This document shows, piece after piece, positions 37,227-45,538 of a DNA stretch of 45,538 bases (the stretch's first letter is position 1; each line of letters opens with the position of its first letter). The translations under genes were made by a program, and so were the position numbers. Location of the stretch: positions 1 to 45,538 of the forward strand of contig CAWFJJ010000014.1 of NCBI GenBank assembly GCA_963816185.1. Direction: 5' to 3'. Source of the DNA: Thermoanaerobaculia bacterium (GTDB taxonomy: Bacteria > Acidobacteriota > Thermoanaerobaculia > UBA5066). Under the pieces are notes generated by a model that made no database searches, was not told the origin of the DNA, and saw only the letters and a program-made list of their open reading frames with translations.

Positions 37227-37892
37227 ATGGCCGATGCTTTGCCGATGCCTCGCGAGCGCCGGGCCCGGCATAATCCCTGTCAATATGCGAGACCGCTCTT
37301 GAGCGTGGCGCCGAGGCAGGGCGAGGTGTGCCCGGACCAGGCGGAGCTCATGCGCCGGATCGCCGACGGGGACGCGGCCGCTCTGTCGGATCTCTACGAC
37401 CTCTCGAGCAAGTACGTCTACGGAATCTGCCTCAAGGTGCTGCGCGATCCGGCAGATGCCGAGGAGGTGACTCTTGACGTTTACACGCAGGCGTGGCGGC
37501 AGGCGGCCCGATTCGACGCCGGCCGCGGTGAGCCGATCGCCTGGCTTCTGATGCTCGCGCGCTCGCGTGCCATCGACCGGCTTCGTGCGCGGGGAGGGGT
37601 CTGCCGGCACGAGGAGGATCTCGATCAGGTGCGCGATCTCGCGTCGACTCTCATCGATCCGGAGTCCGGCTCCGCTCTCGCCCAGCGCGCCTCCGCCGTG
37701 CGCGCCGCGCTCGCATGTCTGCCGGCCGAGCAACGCGAGGTCATCGAGCTCGCGTATTTTCAGGGGCTCACGCACACGGAGATCTCCGAGAGGCTCGCCC
37801 AGCCGCTCGGCACCGCGAAATCACGGATCCGGCTCGCGCTCCAGCGCCTGCGCCAAACGCTCGGGCCTCGTGCCGAAGGATGGACGACGTGA
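37227..37892 (+). CDS. ECF RNA polymerase sigma factor (SigK-like)
   Basis: DAEEV...W..A.RFD..RG, WL...ARSRAIDRLR, LAYFQGLTHTEI...PLGTAKSRIR. Confidence 0.92.
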   Translation: MADALPMPRERRARHNPCQYARPLLSVAPRQGEVCPDQAELMRRIADGDAAALSDLYDLSSKYVYGICLKVLRDPADAEEVTLDVYTQAWRQAARFDAGRGEPIAWLLMLARSRAIDRLRARGGVCRHEEDLDQVRDLASTLIDPESGSALAQRASAVRAALACLPAEQREVIELAYFQGLTHTEISERLAQPLGTAKSRIRLALQRLRQTLGPRAEGWTT

Positions 37893-38428
37893 ACGACGAT
37901 TCGAACGACCGCGATTGGCTCGAGCTGAGACGTGAATTCGGCGACGTCGTCGACGCGCTCGCGTATTCGTTCTCGGCGCCCCCGCCGGACCACCTGAGGA
38001 AGCGCATCCTCGACAGGATCGCGTCGGAGAAGCCCGCGAGCCCGGCCTCCCTGCCGCCCGGCGGCCGCACCGTGCTGCCCGGGGTCACCGCCGTGCTCGT
38101 CGCCGACACCGGCTGGATTCCGGCCCCCTTGCCGGGACTCGACTACAAGGTCCTTCACCGGGACGACGCGCGCGGCTACACGACGCGCCTCCTCCGCTTC
38201 GCTCCCGGCTCGACGTACCCCGCGCACCGCCACGGCGCCACGGAGGAGGTCTTCATCGTCGCCGGCTCCGTGCTCCTGAACGGGGTCATGCTTCGCGCCG
38301 GCGACTATTGCCGATCCGAGGCCGGAACGACCGAGACGGCCGCCTACAGCGCGGAAGGCGGCATGGCGATCATCGTGTCGTCGGACACGGACGAGTTCGT
38401 GAGATCCGACCCGGAACAAAGAACCTGA
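37880..38428 (+). CDS. Anti-sigma factor with ChrR-like cupin domain
   Basis: PP..LRKRIL linker, PG..YPAHRH...EE.F...G cupin; overlaps sigma gene. Confidence 0.8.
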   Translation: MDDVNDDSNDRDWLELRREFGDVVDALAYSFSAPPPDHLRKRILDRIASEKPASPASLPPGGRTVLPGVTAVLVADTGWIPAPLPGLDYKVLHRDDARGYTTRLLRFAPGSTYPAHRHGATEEVFIVAGSVLLNGVMLRAGDYCRSEAGTTETAAYSAEGGMAIIVSSDTDEFVRSDPEQRT

Positions 38429-38435
38429 AATCTGA

Positions 38436-38864
38436 TCACCGCCGCGTGAGGGTGAACGCGCCCGTCACGTTTCCGCAGCAGGTCGTGCCGGTGCCGGTCG
38501 TCTCTCCACTGTAGTGTCCCGTGAGGTCGCCGGAAGGCGTCAGCGCGGCCGAGCCGCTCGCCGAGCCGCCACAGGGCGAGAATCCGCTGAAGCCGATCGC
38601 GAAGACGAGCGTCCCGCCCGAGACGGTGCCCTGCAGGCTGCCGACGCCCGGGAACTCCGCGACGACGGTACAGTCGGTCTGAAAGAGCGTGACGTCCTCG
38701 GTCTTCGAAAGCCCGCACGTATCCGTGAAGACGCCCGCGTACTGGCCGGTGAGCGGAATGCAGGACCGCGGCGACGTCGGCGACTCGTTCGACTGGCATC
38801 CTCCGAGCTCGAGAACGACCGCGAGAACGCTCGCAAGAAGCAGAGCGCGCGCCGGCCTTCTCAT
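38436..38864 (-). CDS. Putative lipoprotein
   Basis: Signal ending LGGC, Cys-rich beta domain; ATGA overlap with upstream gene. Confidence 0.65.
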   Translation of the reverse strand: MRRPARALLLASVLAVVLELGGCQSNESPTSPRSCIPLTGQYAGVFTDTCGLSKTEDVTLFQTDCTVVAEFPGVGSLQGTVSGGTLVFAIGFSGFSPCGGSASGSAALTPSGDLTGHYSGETTGTGTTCCGNVTGAFTLTRR

Positions 38865-40168
38865 GCCCCTCCACGCGCCGCAGCGAGGCGCTCGACGCTC
38901 CCGACGCAGTCCTTCGCCTTGTAGGTGTGCCCGCCGCACGCGAGAAGAAGGGCGTCGAACGCGCGGGCCAGTGCGATGAGCCGGCTCGCGTTTCTCCGCG
39001 TGACCGGGAAGTCCAGCGCGAGGGAGAAGCCGTCGAGCGCGTAGCCGCGCGCAAAACGATCCGCCCGGTGGCGCTTCACGACGGCGAGGGACGAGACGAC
39101 GCCCATCTCGTGCTGGAGCTGCAGCGCGGTCCGGAACGCCGCTTCGGCGGCGTCTTTCGGCACGAAGAGCTGATACTGGATGAACCCGCCGGGCCGATAC
39201 GCTTCGTTCCAGCCGGGCAGGTAGTCGAGGAGAAACGAGTACGCCACGAGCGACTGCCGGTAGTGCGCCCGTCCGCGCAGAAGCGATGCGGCGTACTTAC
39301 CGGCGTTCACGAACCGCATCTGGGGCCCCGCGGCCGTTAGTTTGAGCCCGAGGAGAAGAACCGGGACGGGCAGAGGCCCCATACGGATGTCCGCGACCTG
39401 CTCCTCGACGCTCAGCCCGCGCGGCTCTCCCTCTTTCGCAGGTTGCTCGTTCGCGACGTGGAGCACGCTCCGGCCGAGGCTCGTACCCCTCGCCCAGCAG
39501 TCCATCCAGCCGACGACGTAATCCCAGTCTTCCTTTGCGCCGTCGAGACCCGCGAGCGTCGCGGCCAGGTTCGGGGTCGCGAAGGCTTCCACGTCGAGGT
39601 AGCCGGTCGCGACCCTTTTCAGCTTCAGCGAGACCTCGACGATCGGGTCGGGAAGCCGCCAGTTGCCGACGACGTCCTCGAAGGCGCGCGTGCCGCGTGC
39701 GATCTCCTCGACGCGGCCACCGTCGCGCAGGATCGAGACGCTCTCGACGTGGTCTCCGATCGTCCCTTTCTTCCAACCGTTCTTCCCATGCACGTTCATC
39801 GCGACGGCGCCGCCGAGCGTGACGTGCATCGTTCCGGTCACGACAGGCGGCCAGAACCCGTGGGGGATCGACCACTTCCACAAGTCCCCGAACGTGAGTC
39901 CTGCCCCGGCCCGGACGACCCCCGAGGTCTCGTCGAAGCCGGCGATCGCGTTCAGTCCCGTCATCTCCACGACGGGACCCGCGGGATTCGTCGAAGCGTC
40001 GCCATACGAGCGCCCTGCACCGCGGAACACTATCTTCGACCCGTTCGACGCGCCGGTGGCGAGCGCGTCGCGAAGCGCGTCGAGGGACGCGGGCCGGAAG
40101 ACGGGCGACACGGAGACGTTGTAGAGGCCGAAGCCCTCGAGGCGCTCGGGCGGAGGAAGCGCGCTCAC
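38861..40168 (-). CDS. FAD-binding oxidoreductase, DprE1-like
   Basis: RGAGRSYGDA, VTLGGAVAMNVHGKN, GFIQYQ, LALDF, YKAKD. Confidence 0.88.
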   Translation of the reverse strand: MSALPPPERLEGFGLYNVSVSPVFRPASLDALRDALATGASNGSKIVFRGAGRSYGDASTNPAGPVVEMTGLNAIAGFDETSGVVRAGAGLTFGDLWKWSIPHGFWPPVVTGTMHVTLGGAVAMNVHGKNGWKKGTIGDHVESVSILRDGGRVEEIARGTRAFEDVVGNWRLPDPIVEVSLKLKRVATGYLDVEAFATPNLAATLAGLDGAKEDWDYVVGWMDCWARGTSLGRSVLHVANEQPAKEGEPRGLSVEEQVADIRMGPLPVPVLLLGLKLTAAGPQMRFVNAGKYAASLLRGRAHYRQSLVAYSFLLDYLPGWNEAYRPGGFIQYQLFVPKDAAEAAFRTALQLQHEMGVVSSLAVVKRHRADRFARGYALDGFSLALDFPVTRRNASRLIALARAFDALLLACGGHTYKAKDCVGSVERLAAARGGA

Positions 40169-40908
40169 GCCGGGCCGAACCTCTTGAACACGAAGCGGGG
40201 CACGTGCCGCATCGCGAAGCCGAGCAGCGCCCAGCGCCTGTAGACGTAGAAGACCTCGTGCCGCTTCTCGAGGCGGACCGCGATGATCCGCGCGGCCTCG
40301 TCGGCCGGCGCGACCCAGAACATTCCCGGCTTCCCCGCCGTCATCCGCGTCCCGACGTAGCCGGGCTTCACGGTGGAGACGGTCACGCCGAACGGCGCAA
40401 GCCGGTTGCGAAGGCCTTCGAGAAAAGTCGAAAGAGCCGCCTTGGAAGCGTTGTACGCGGGATTCCCCTTGCGCCCCCGGTCGCCCGCGATGGACGAGAT
40501 GGCCGCGATCTGCCCGCGCCCGGCGACCCGAAACCAGTTCGCCGCGAGGCCGAGCAGCCTCACGGCCGCGACCGCGTTGACCTCCATCGTGTCGGCGTCG
40601 AGGGCAGGGACGCTCGTGACGCCGTCGCTGTGGTGCAGGACGCCGGCGTTGTAGAGGAAGAGGTCACAGTGCCCGGTGACGGCGAGGGCCTCGCGGAACG
40701 CCGGCTCGAGCCGCGCCGCGTCCGCGACGTCGCAGACGACCCCGTTGACCGTCGCAACCGGGAAGCGCCGCCTCAGATCCGCGACGAGCGCGTCGAGCTT
40801 CTTCTCCGAGCGCCCGAGGATGGTCACCCAGAAGCCGCGCGCGGCATACACCTCGGCGAGGGCCTTCCCGAGGCCGTCGGTCGCGCCGACGAGGATCACC
40901 CTCTTCAC
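40165..40908 (-). CDS. SDR oxidoreductase, DprE2-like
   Basis: GATDGLG, SSIAGDRGR, YNASK, KPGYV.T. Confidence 0.88.
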   Translation of the reverse strand: MKRVILVGATDGLGKALAEVYAARGFWVTILGRSEKKLDALVADLRRRFPVATVNGVVCDVADAARLEPAFREALAVTGHCDLFLYNAGVLHHSDGVTSVPALDADTMEVNAVAAVRLLGLAANWFRVAGRGQIAAISSIAGDRGRKGNPAYNASKAALSTFLEGLRNRLAPFGVTVSTVKPGYVGTRMTAGKPGMFWVAPADEAARIIAVRLEKRHEVFYVYRRWALLGFAMRHVPRFVFKRFGPA

Positions 40909-40948
40909 GCCGTGTCGCTCTCTGACCGAATCTTCGCAGACGAGGCGC

Positions 40949-42001
40949 TCAGGGCCACACGGTCTCCTTCTCCTCGTGCCAGTCGTGCGTCATGTCGAGC
41001 CAGAACGCGAGGCCCGCGTGCGGTCCGAACGACGCGTAGAAGCGCGCGACGCGCGCGTCCTTCACGGCGCGGCCCCGAAACCTCAGGGTCGCGACCTTCT
41101 TGCGAGACCAGGCGTCGAGGCCCAGCTTGCGGTGCCGCCCGAGAAGCCGCCCCAGCGTGTCGGCGGCATAAGGGCCGAAGCCTTTCTCCGCGCGGATCTC
41201 CTTCTCGACCTCCTCGTCGGGAAGGTCCGGATCCTCCCAGCGCGCGAGATCCAGCTTTCCCGAGGCGACGCGCCGCGCGAACGCGGTGAGATAAGGCGCA
41301 CGGTAACCCCATTTCGCAGCGGCGAGAGAGCGCGCGGAAAGGCCCGCGACGAAGGGCGCATCCGGAAATGCCCCGCCCCGATCGAAGCGTTCGATCAGAT
41401 TGTTCACCATGAGCTTCGTCAGACCCCAGGTGCAGTTCGTCGTCGCGAGGACCTTTACGGCGTCCTCGAACAGAGTCGGCGCGCGCAGGATCCGCCCCGC
41501 CCCGCGCCGGGCGACCCACGCGAAGCGCGGGTCCCCGGCGCAGAGGGAGTGGAAAGAAGAAAGATCCGCTTTCAGATCGAGGACCCGTTCCAGCGCACGA
41601 CGAACCGAGGCCTCGGATGGAACGTCCGAAGAGAGATTTGCTTTGAAAGAGAAAGAGATCTTCCTCGGAAGGCGGGTGTCAAGGGTCTTCGACCGCTTCG
41701 CGGCGCGCGCAGCGCGCCCTTGACTCCCGCCATCCGAGGACAGATTTGCTGCTATCGGCGGCTGCACAGCAGCCGCCGCATATGAGAAATCGGTCTCCCG
41801 CGCCGAAGGCGCGATGGCCCGAGCCTGAGCAACCAGTCCGCCCGGCTGCTCCGCCACCTCGACTCGTACGGGGCATTCTCCTTCTAAGAAAATCAATCCC
41901 AGGGTCTTTTCTTTCGCGTCCCATTCGAATGGAGGCAAGTCGTACCAGCCGTGGCTGCGCACCACGAGCCCGAGGTCCATCGGCGGCAGCGTGAGCATCA
42001 T
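40949..42001 (-). CDS. HhH-GPD DNA glycosylase (AlkA/Ogg-like) with in-frame palindromic insertion
   Basis: SHGW..L.PF, GAGRILRAPTLFED, TTNC.W, GYRA, GFGPYAA, LG...D.W. Confidence 0.85.
   Translation of the reverse strand: MMLTLPPMDLGLVVRSHGWYDLPPFEWDAKEKTLGLIFLEGECPVRVEVAEQPGGLVAQARAIAPSARETDFSYAAAAVQPPIAANLSSDGGSQGRAARAAKRSKTLDTRLPRKISFSFKANLSSDVPSEASVRRALERVLDLKADLSSFHSLCAGDPRFAWVARRGAGRILRAPTLFEDAVKVLATTNCTWGLTKLMVNNLIERFDRGGAFPDAPFVAGLSARSLAAAKWGYRAPYLTAFARRVASGKLDLARWEDPDLPDEEVEKEIRAEKGFGPYAADTLGRLLGRHRKLGLDAWSRKKVATLRFRGRAVKDARVARFYASFGPHAGLAFWLDMTHDWHEEKETVWP
41662..41790. repeat. Palindromic two-hairpin element, copy 2
   Basis: 24-bp arms 41662-41685/41717-41740 (2 mismatches), 31-nt loop, 15-nt spacer, 10-bp hairpin 41756-41778, CATATGAGAAAT tail. 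Confidence 0.9.
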
Positions 42002-44387
42002 GGAGCTCCGTCGGCGATGCCGGGGCCGGGCCCGACGCCGCCGTGAACGGTGCAACGCTCGTCGGCGCGGTGCCCGCGAGAAAGACCTCGTTGAGCGATT
42101 TCGGGCACTCTTCGGTCACGAGCATGCCGGTCGTCGGATCGATGGAAGCGGTCACGATGCCGGCGTCGTCGGAAACGGCACCTCGAAGACTGCGAAGGAA
42201 GGCGCCGGACGAAGTCGGCGAAGATCGGCAGGGCCGCCAGGAGCCGGACAGGTTCAGGCCGCGGTTGTCGTCGAAACCGACCCAGACGGCCACGAGAAGG
42301 CGCGGAGAGAAGCCGATGAACCAGGCGTCGCGTCCGTCGTTGGTCGTTCCCGTCTTTCCGGCGAGCATGCCCTGTGCCCGAGGCGGCGGGCGGACGCGCC
42401 GGTGCCGCGGTCGACGACCCCCTGGAGCAGCGAATCGAGGATCGAGACCGCGTCGGCGGGAACGCGCGCGACGGGCTCGTCTCTCCTCTCGATTCGCCGT
42501 GAATTCGAGCTCGCGATTCCGATGATGGCGTTGGGCCGAACGCGGAATCCGCCGTCGGCGAGCGCAATAGGCGGAGGCGACCTCCATCGGACTCGTCTCG
42601 AAAGCGCCCAGGGCGAGAGAGGGATAAGGCTCATGGGCGACGTGATCCCGGCGCGCCAGCGGTGTCGACGATGTCCGGAGGAGCGTGGCCCCGGCGAAGT
42701 CTCCGTGACCGCAATGCGCACCGTCGGGATGTTGATCGAATGCTCGAGCGCCTGCCGCGCCGAGATCGGGCCGCGGAAATCGCTGTCGTCATTCCTCGGG
42801 GACCATGTCTCGTCCTCGCCCTCGCCCCAGATGAGCGTGATGGGCGAGTCGAGCAAAATCGTCGCCGGCGTGATCGGCTTCGGAGATCGCGCGTCCGAAT
42901 GCCGCCAGATAGACGAACGGCTTGAAGAGCGAGCCGGGCTGCCGGTGAGCCTGCATGACGCGGTTGAACTGGCGACCTGGTAGTCCCGGCCCCCGACGAG
43001 AGCGCGCACGGAGCCCGTGCCGGGGTCGAGCGCGATGACGGCTGCCTGGAGTGTCTTCCTCGCCGTGCGGCCGAAGGCGCTTGTAGTGCTTCTCGAGATC
43101 TTCGAGCCCCTCGATGACGGCCGACTGCGCGGCCGCTGCAGGTCGGCGTCGAGCGTCGTGAAGACGGAGCCCCTCGTTCCGAGCCCCCGTAAACATCGCA
43201 ATCTGATTCTGCACGAAGTCAACGAAGTGCGGCGCCAGGACGCGCGTCGGCGGCCCCGCCGTCGGCGTGAGCGGCTCGGGGAGCGCCGCCGCGAGCTCCG
43301 CGTCGTCGACCTTCCGGCTCCCGCATCATGTGGAGCAGGTTGTCGCGCCGGATGCGGCCGTTATCGGGGCTCCGGTAAGGGATTACTTGCCCGGCGAGGA
43401 GATGATCCCGGCCAGCGTGGCCGACTCCGCCAGGTCGAGTCGGAGACCGTCTTTCCGAAATAGTACCGGGTGGCCTCCCCCACGCCCGTGATCGAGATGG
43501 CGCCCTGCTGCCCGAGGTAGATCTCGTTCAGGTACGCCTGGAGAATCTCCTCCTTCGAATACTACGCGTCGAGGACCACCGCCATGAGAGCTTCGATCGC
43601 CTTGCGCTTCATCTTCCGCGCGGCGTCAGATACATGTTTTTCACGAGCTGCTGCGTCAGCGTCGAGCCGCGACGTGGCCCCGCGCGCCGTGCCGAAGGTC
43701 CGCGCCCACGAGTCGCGGAAAGAGACGCCGCCGTGCCGGAAGAAATCGCGGTCCTCGCGGATCAGGATCGCGTCGACGAGCGTCTTAGGGACCTGGACAG
43801 CTTGACGAGCGTCCGGTCCTGCAGCTTCTGTCGTAGAGCGATCCCAGGACCTCCGGCTCGAGAACCACCGAGGGAACGGGCGACCCGTCGGCGGCCCGCT
43901 TCAGCGCCGCAACGCGCCGCCCCGAGAATTCCATCTCGGCCGGAATACCCGGCGTTCGGCCCCAGGCGGTCTCCCGCGCGTTCGGGGTGACCGCGAGTCG
44001 TCCGTGAATCCGCGCGTATTGCCCCGCGGCGACCGGCGGTTTCGGGACCTCGACGTAGCGCAGGCGCGTGAGCCGCCGGACCACGTCGTCGGCCGAAAGC
44101 GTGTCGCCGGGCCGCACCGCCCACACGTCTGAATAAAGGCGCGTGGGAAGCGACCACCGCCGCCCGTCCATCGTGCGCGACACGACGTGTGAAAAGTAGA
44201 GGATGACGACGATCCCCGCGACGAAAAAAAGAGCGCCCGTGGCTCCGGCGAAGAAGAGCACGGGATGCGGGATTCGACGCAGGCGATCGATGAGGTTCCG
44301 AAGGACGGGAGACGCGCGGTCCCGGACTCTGCGCGAGATCTGCGACGCCCTCTCTTTCAAGGCGCGGAAGGCGCTCCGGAGGTCCAC
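41998..44387 (-). pseudogene. mrcB: Class A penicillin-binding protein 1B-like, multiply frameshifted (probably sequence error)
   Basis: Fragments in different frames: TM plus UB2H-like region, EDRDFF.H.G, STLTQQLVKN, YLNEIYLG, QPGSLFK, SINIP, KTGT. Confidence 0.8.
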
Positions 44388-44596
44388 GTCCGGAGTCTAG
44401 CGAAGCGCCCAGCCGATGCTAGGATTCCCAAGAGCCTCTGATGTCCCCTCTCAGCAGGGTTCTCGAGGAGCTCGACGCTTGGCGTGAGCGCATCCCCCTT
44501 TCCGAGCTGAAGCGGGACAGCGGGGGGATCTGACCAACCGGGAATGAACGACAGGAGCACGATTCCTGGCGTCGCCGGGTGAAGTAGGCTAGCCGG

Positions 44597-45473
44597 ATGG
44601 CGGACACACACCGCGACGCGTCCGTGTCGACGCTCGTTCTCCGAAGCGACGAAAAAGGCACACGCTGGGAGAAGGACGTCCTCGTCGCCGAAGAGCCCCT
44701 CGAGATCCGGTTGCCGAAGGCGGCGCCGCGCCCGAGCGGTTCGTCGTCACGATGCGGACGCCGTGCGACGACGACGACCTCGTCGTCGGCCTCCTCTTCG
44801 GCGAGGGCGTCATCGAGGAGATCGCCGAGGTCGTGGCCATCGAGCCGCCGTCCGACGCCCGTGTCGCGCCCGAGCTCGCGAAGAACGTTCGAGTCGTCAC
44901 GCTCGCTCCGCGCGCGGACCGCCGAGCGCCCGCCGGGCCACGGTGATGGGCTCGGCCTGCGGGGTCTGCGGCCGCACGTCGGTCGATGACGTCGTCGCTC
45001 TCGTGGCGGCCGCGCGGGGAAAGAAAGACAACGCAGACCGCCGCGTCGAGAGACCTTGAGATCACAGCGTCCCTTCTCACGTCCCTTCCAGGCGCCCTCC
45101 GCGCCCGACAGTCGTTGTTCTCCTCCACGGGCGGGCTCCACGCGGCGGGCCTTTTCGAAGCAGACGGGACCTTCCTCCTCGCCCGAGAGGACGTGGGACG
45201 TCACAACGCGACCGACAAAGCCATCGGCGCGATCCTGAGAAGCCGGCGACCGGTCCCCCGATCCTTCTCGCCTCGGGCCGGCTCGGCTTCGAGATCGCCC
45301 AGAAGGCTGCGCTCGCCGGCGTCACGATCGTGGCCGCCGTGTCGGCGCCCACCAGCCTCGCGGTCGATCTCGCCGAAGAAACCGGACTCACTCTCGTCGG
45401 CTTCCTGCGCGGCGAGCGCTTCAACGTCTATACTCATCCGGAGCGCATCACGAGACAGGCTGGCGAAACATGA
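44597..45473 (+). pseudogene. fdhD: Formate dehydrogenase accessory sulfurtransferase, frameshifted (probably sequence error)
   Basis: [52 protein letters not shown] spread over several frames. Confidence 0.85.
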
Positions 45474-45538
45474 TCGCGACCGCCCTCATCGGGTCCCTGG
45501 ATGTTCCGAAACGCGACGGAAAGTCCGTGACTGCGTCT

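Noticed and set aside
44450-44550. Short ORF MSPLSRVLEELDAWRERIP between PBP1b and fdhD
   Set aside because: Too short and in the error-rich zone; cannot assign
1-45538. Many long alternative-frame and antisense ORFs (e.g. 12915-15872 +, 12313-15099 -, 29925-31763 -, 4754-6604 +)
   Set aside because: Arg/Ala/Pro-rich shadows of real genes, expected in high-GC DNA
1-45538. CRISPR array, integrase, transposase, reverse transcriptase or defence genes
   Set aside because: No regularly spaced repeats and no such protein motifs found
1-45538. Selenoprotein (in-frame UGA) near tRNA-Sec
   Set aside because: The recognised genes end at expected positions; I saw no UGA interrupting a conserved Cys position. 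The frameshifted end region cannot be judged

Overview
High-GC bacterial chromosomal window. Gene style and a lineage-typical secreted protein suggest Acidobacteriota/Thermoanaerobaculia; this is an inference. Housekeeping content: namZ-like and SpoIID peptidoglycan enzymes, molybdenum cofactor genes (mog, moaA, moaC, mobA), ribBA, tamB/tamA-type OM assembly pair, nadK, tlyA, two Zn-dependent dehydrogenases, CDF transporter, dxs, pyrE, an NtrC-family regulator, cysK, purU, tRNA-Sec, a DprE1/DprE2-like pair and a DNA glycosylase. PBP1b and fdhD at the right end are frameshifted, probably by sequence error. Unexplained signals: (1) Five A/T-enriched, purine/pyrimidine-skewed patches (about 4.1, 18.7, 25.8, 33.1 and 41.7 kb) rewrite or expand coding sequence in frame and hold every TTCTTNGAA site I could find, with roughly 7-kb spacing. 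(2) A 129-130 bp T-shaped palindromic element occurs in two of those patches, with identical geometry, compensatory base changes and a flipped inner loop; one copy is translated inside a DNA glycosylase. (3) A DUF4331-TPR-metal uptake operon contains an FpvK/C/D/E/J-like cassette and shares a SigK-type promoter with its own ECF sigma/cupin anti-sigma pair. (4) A single-gene purU islet is bounded by tRNA-Sec and a degenerate copy of its 3' end.
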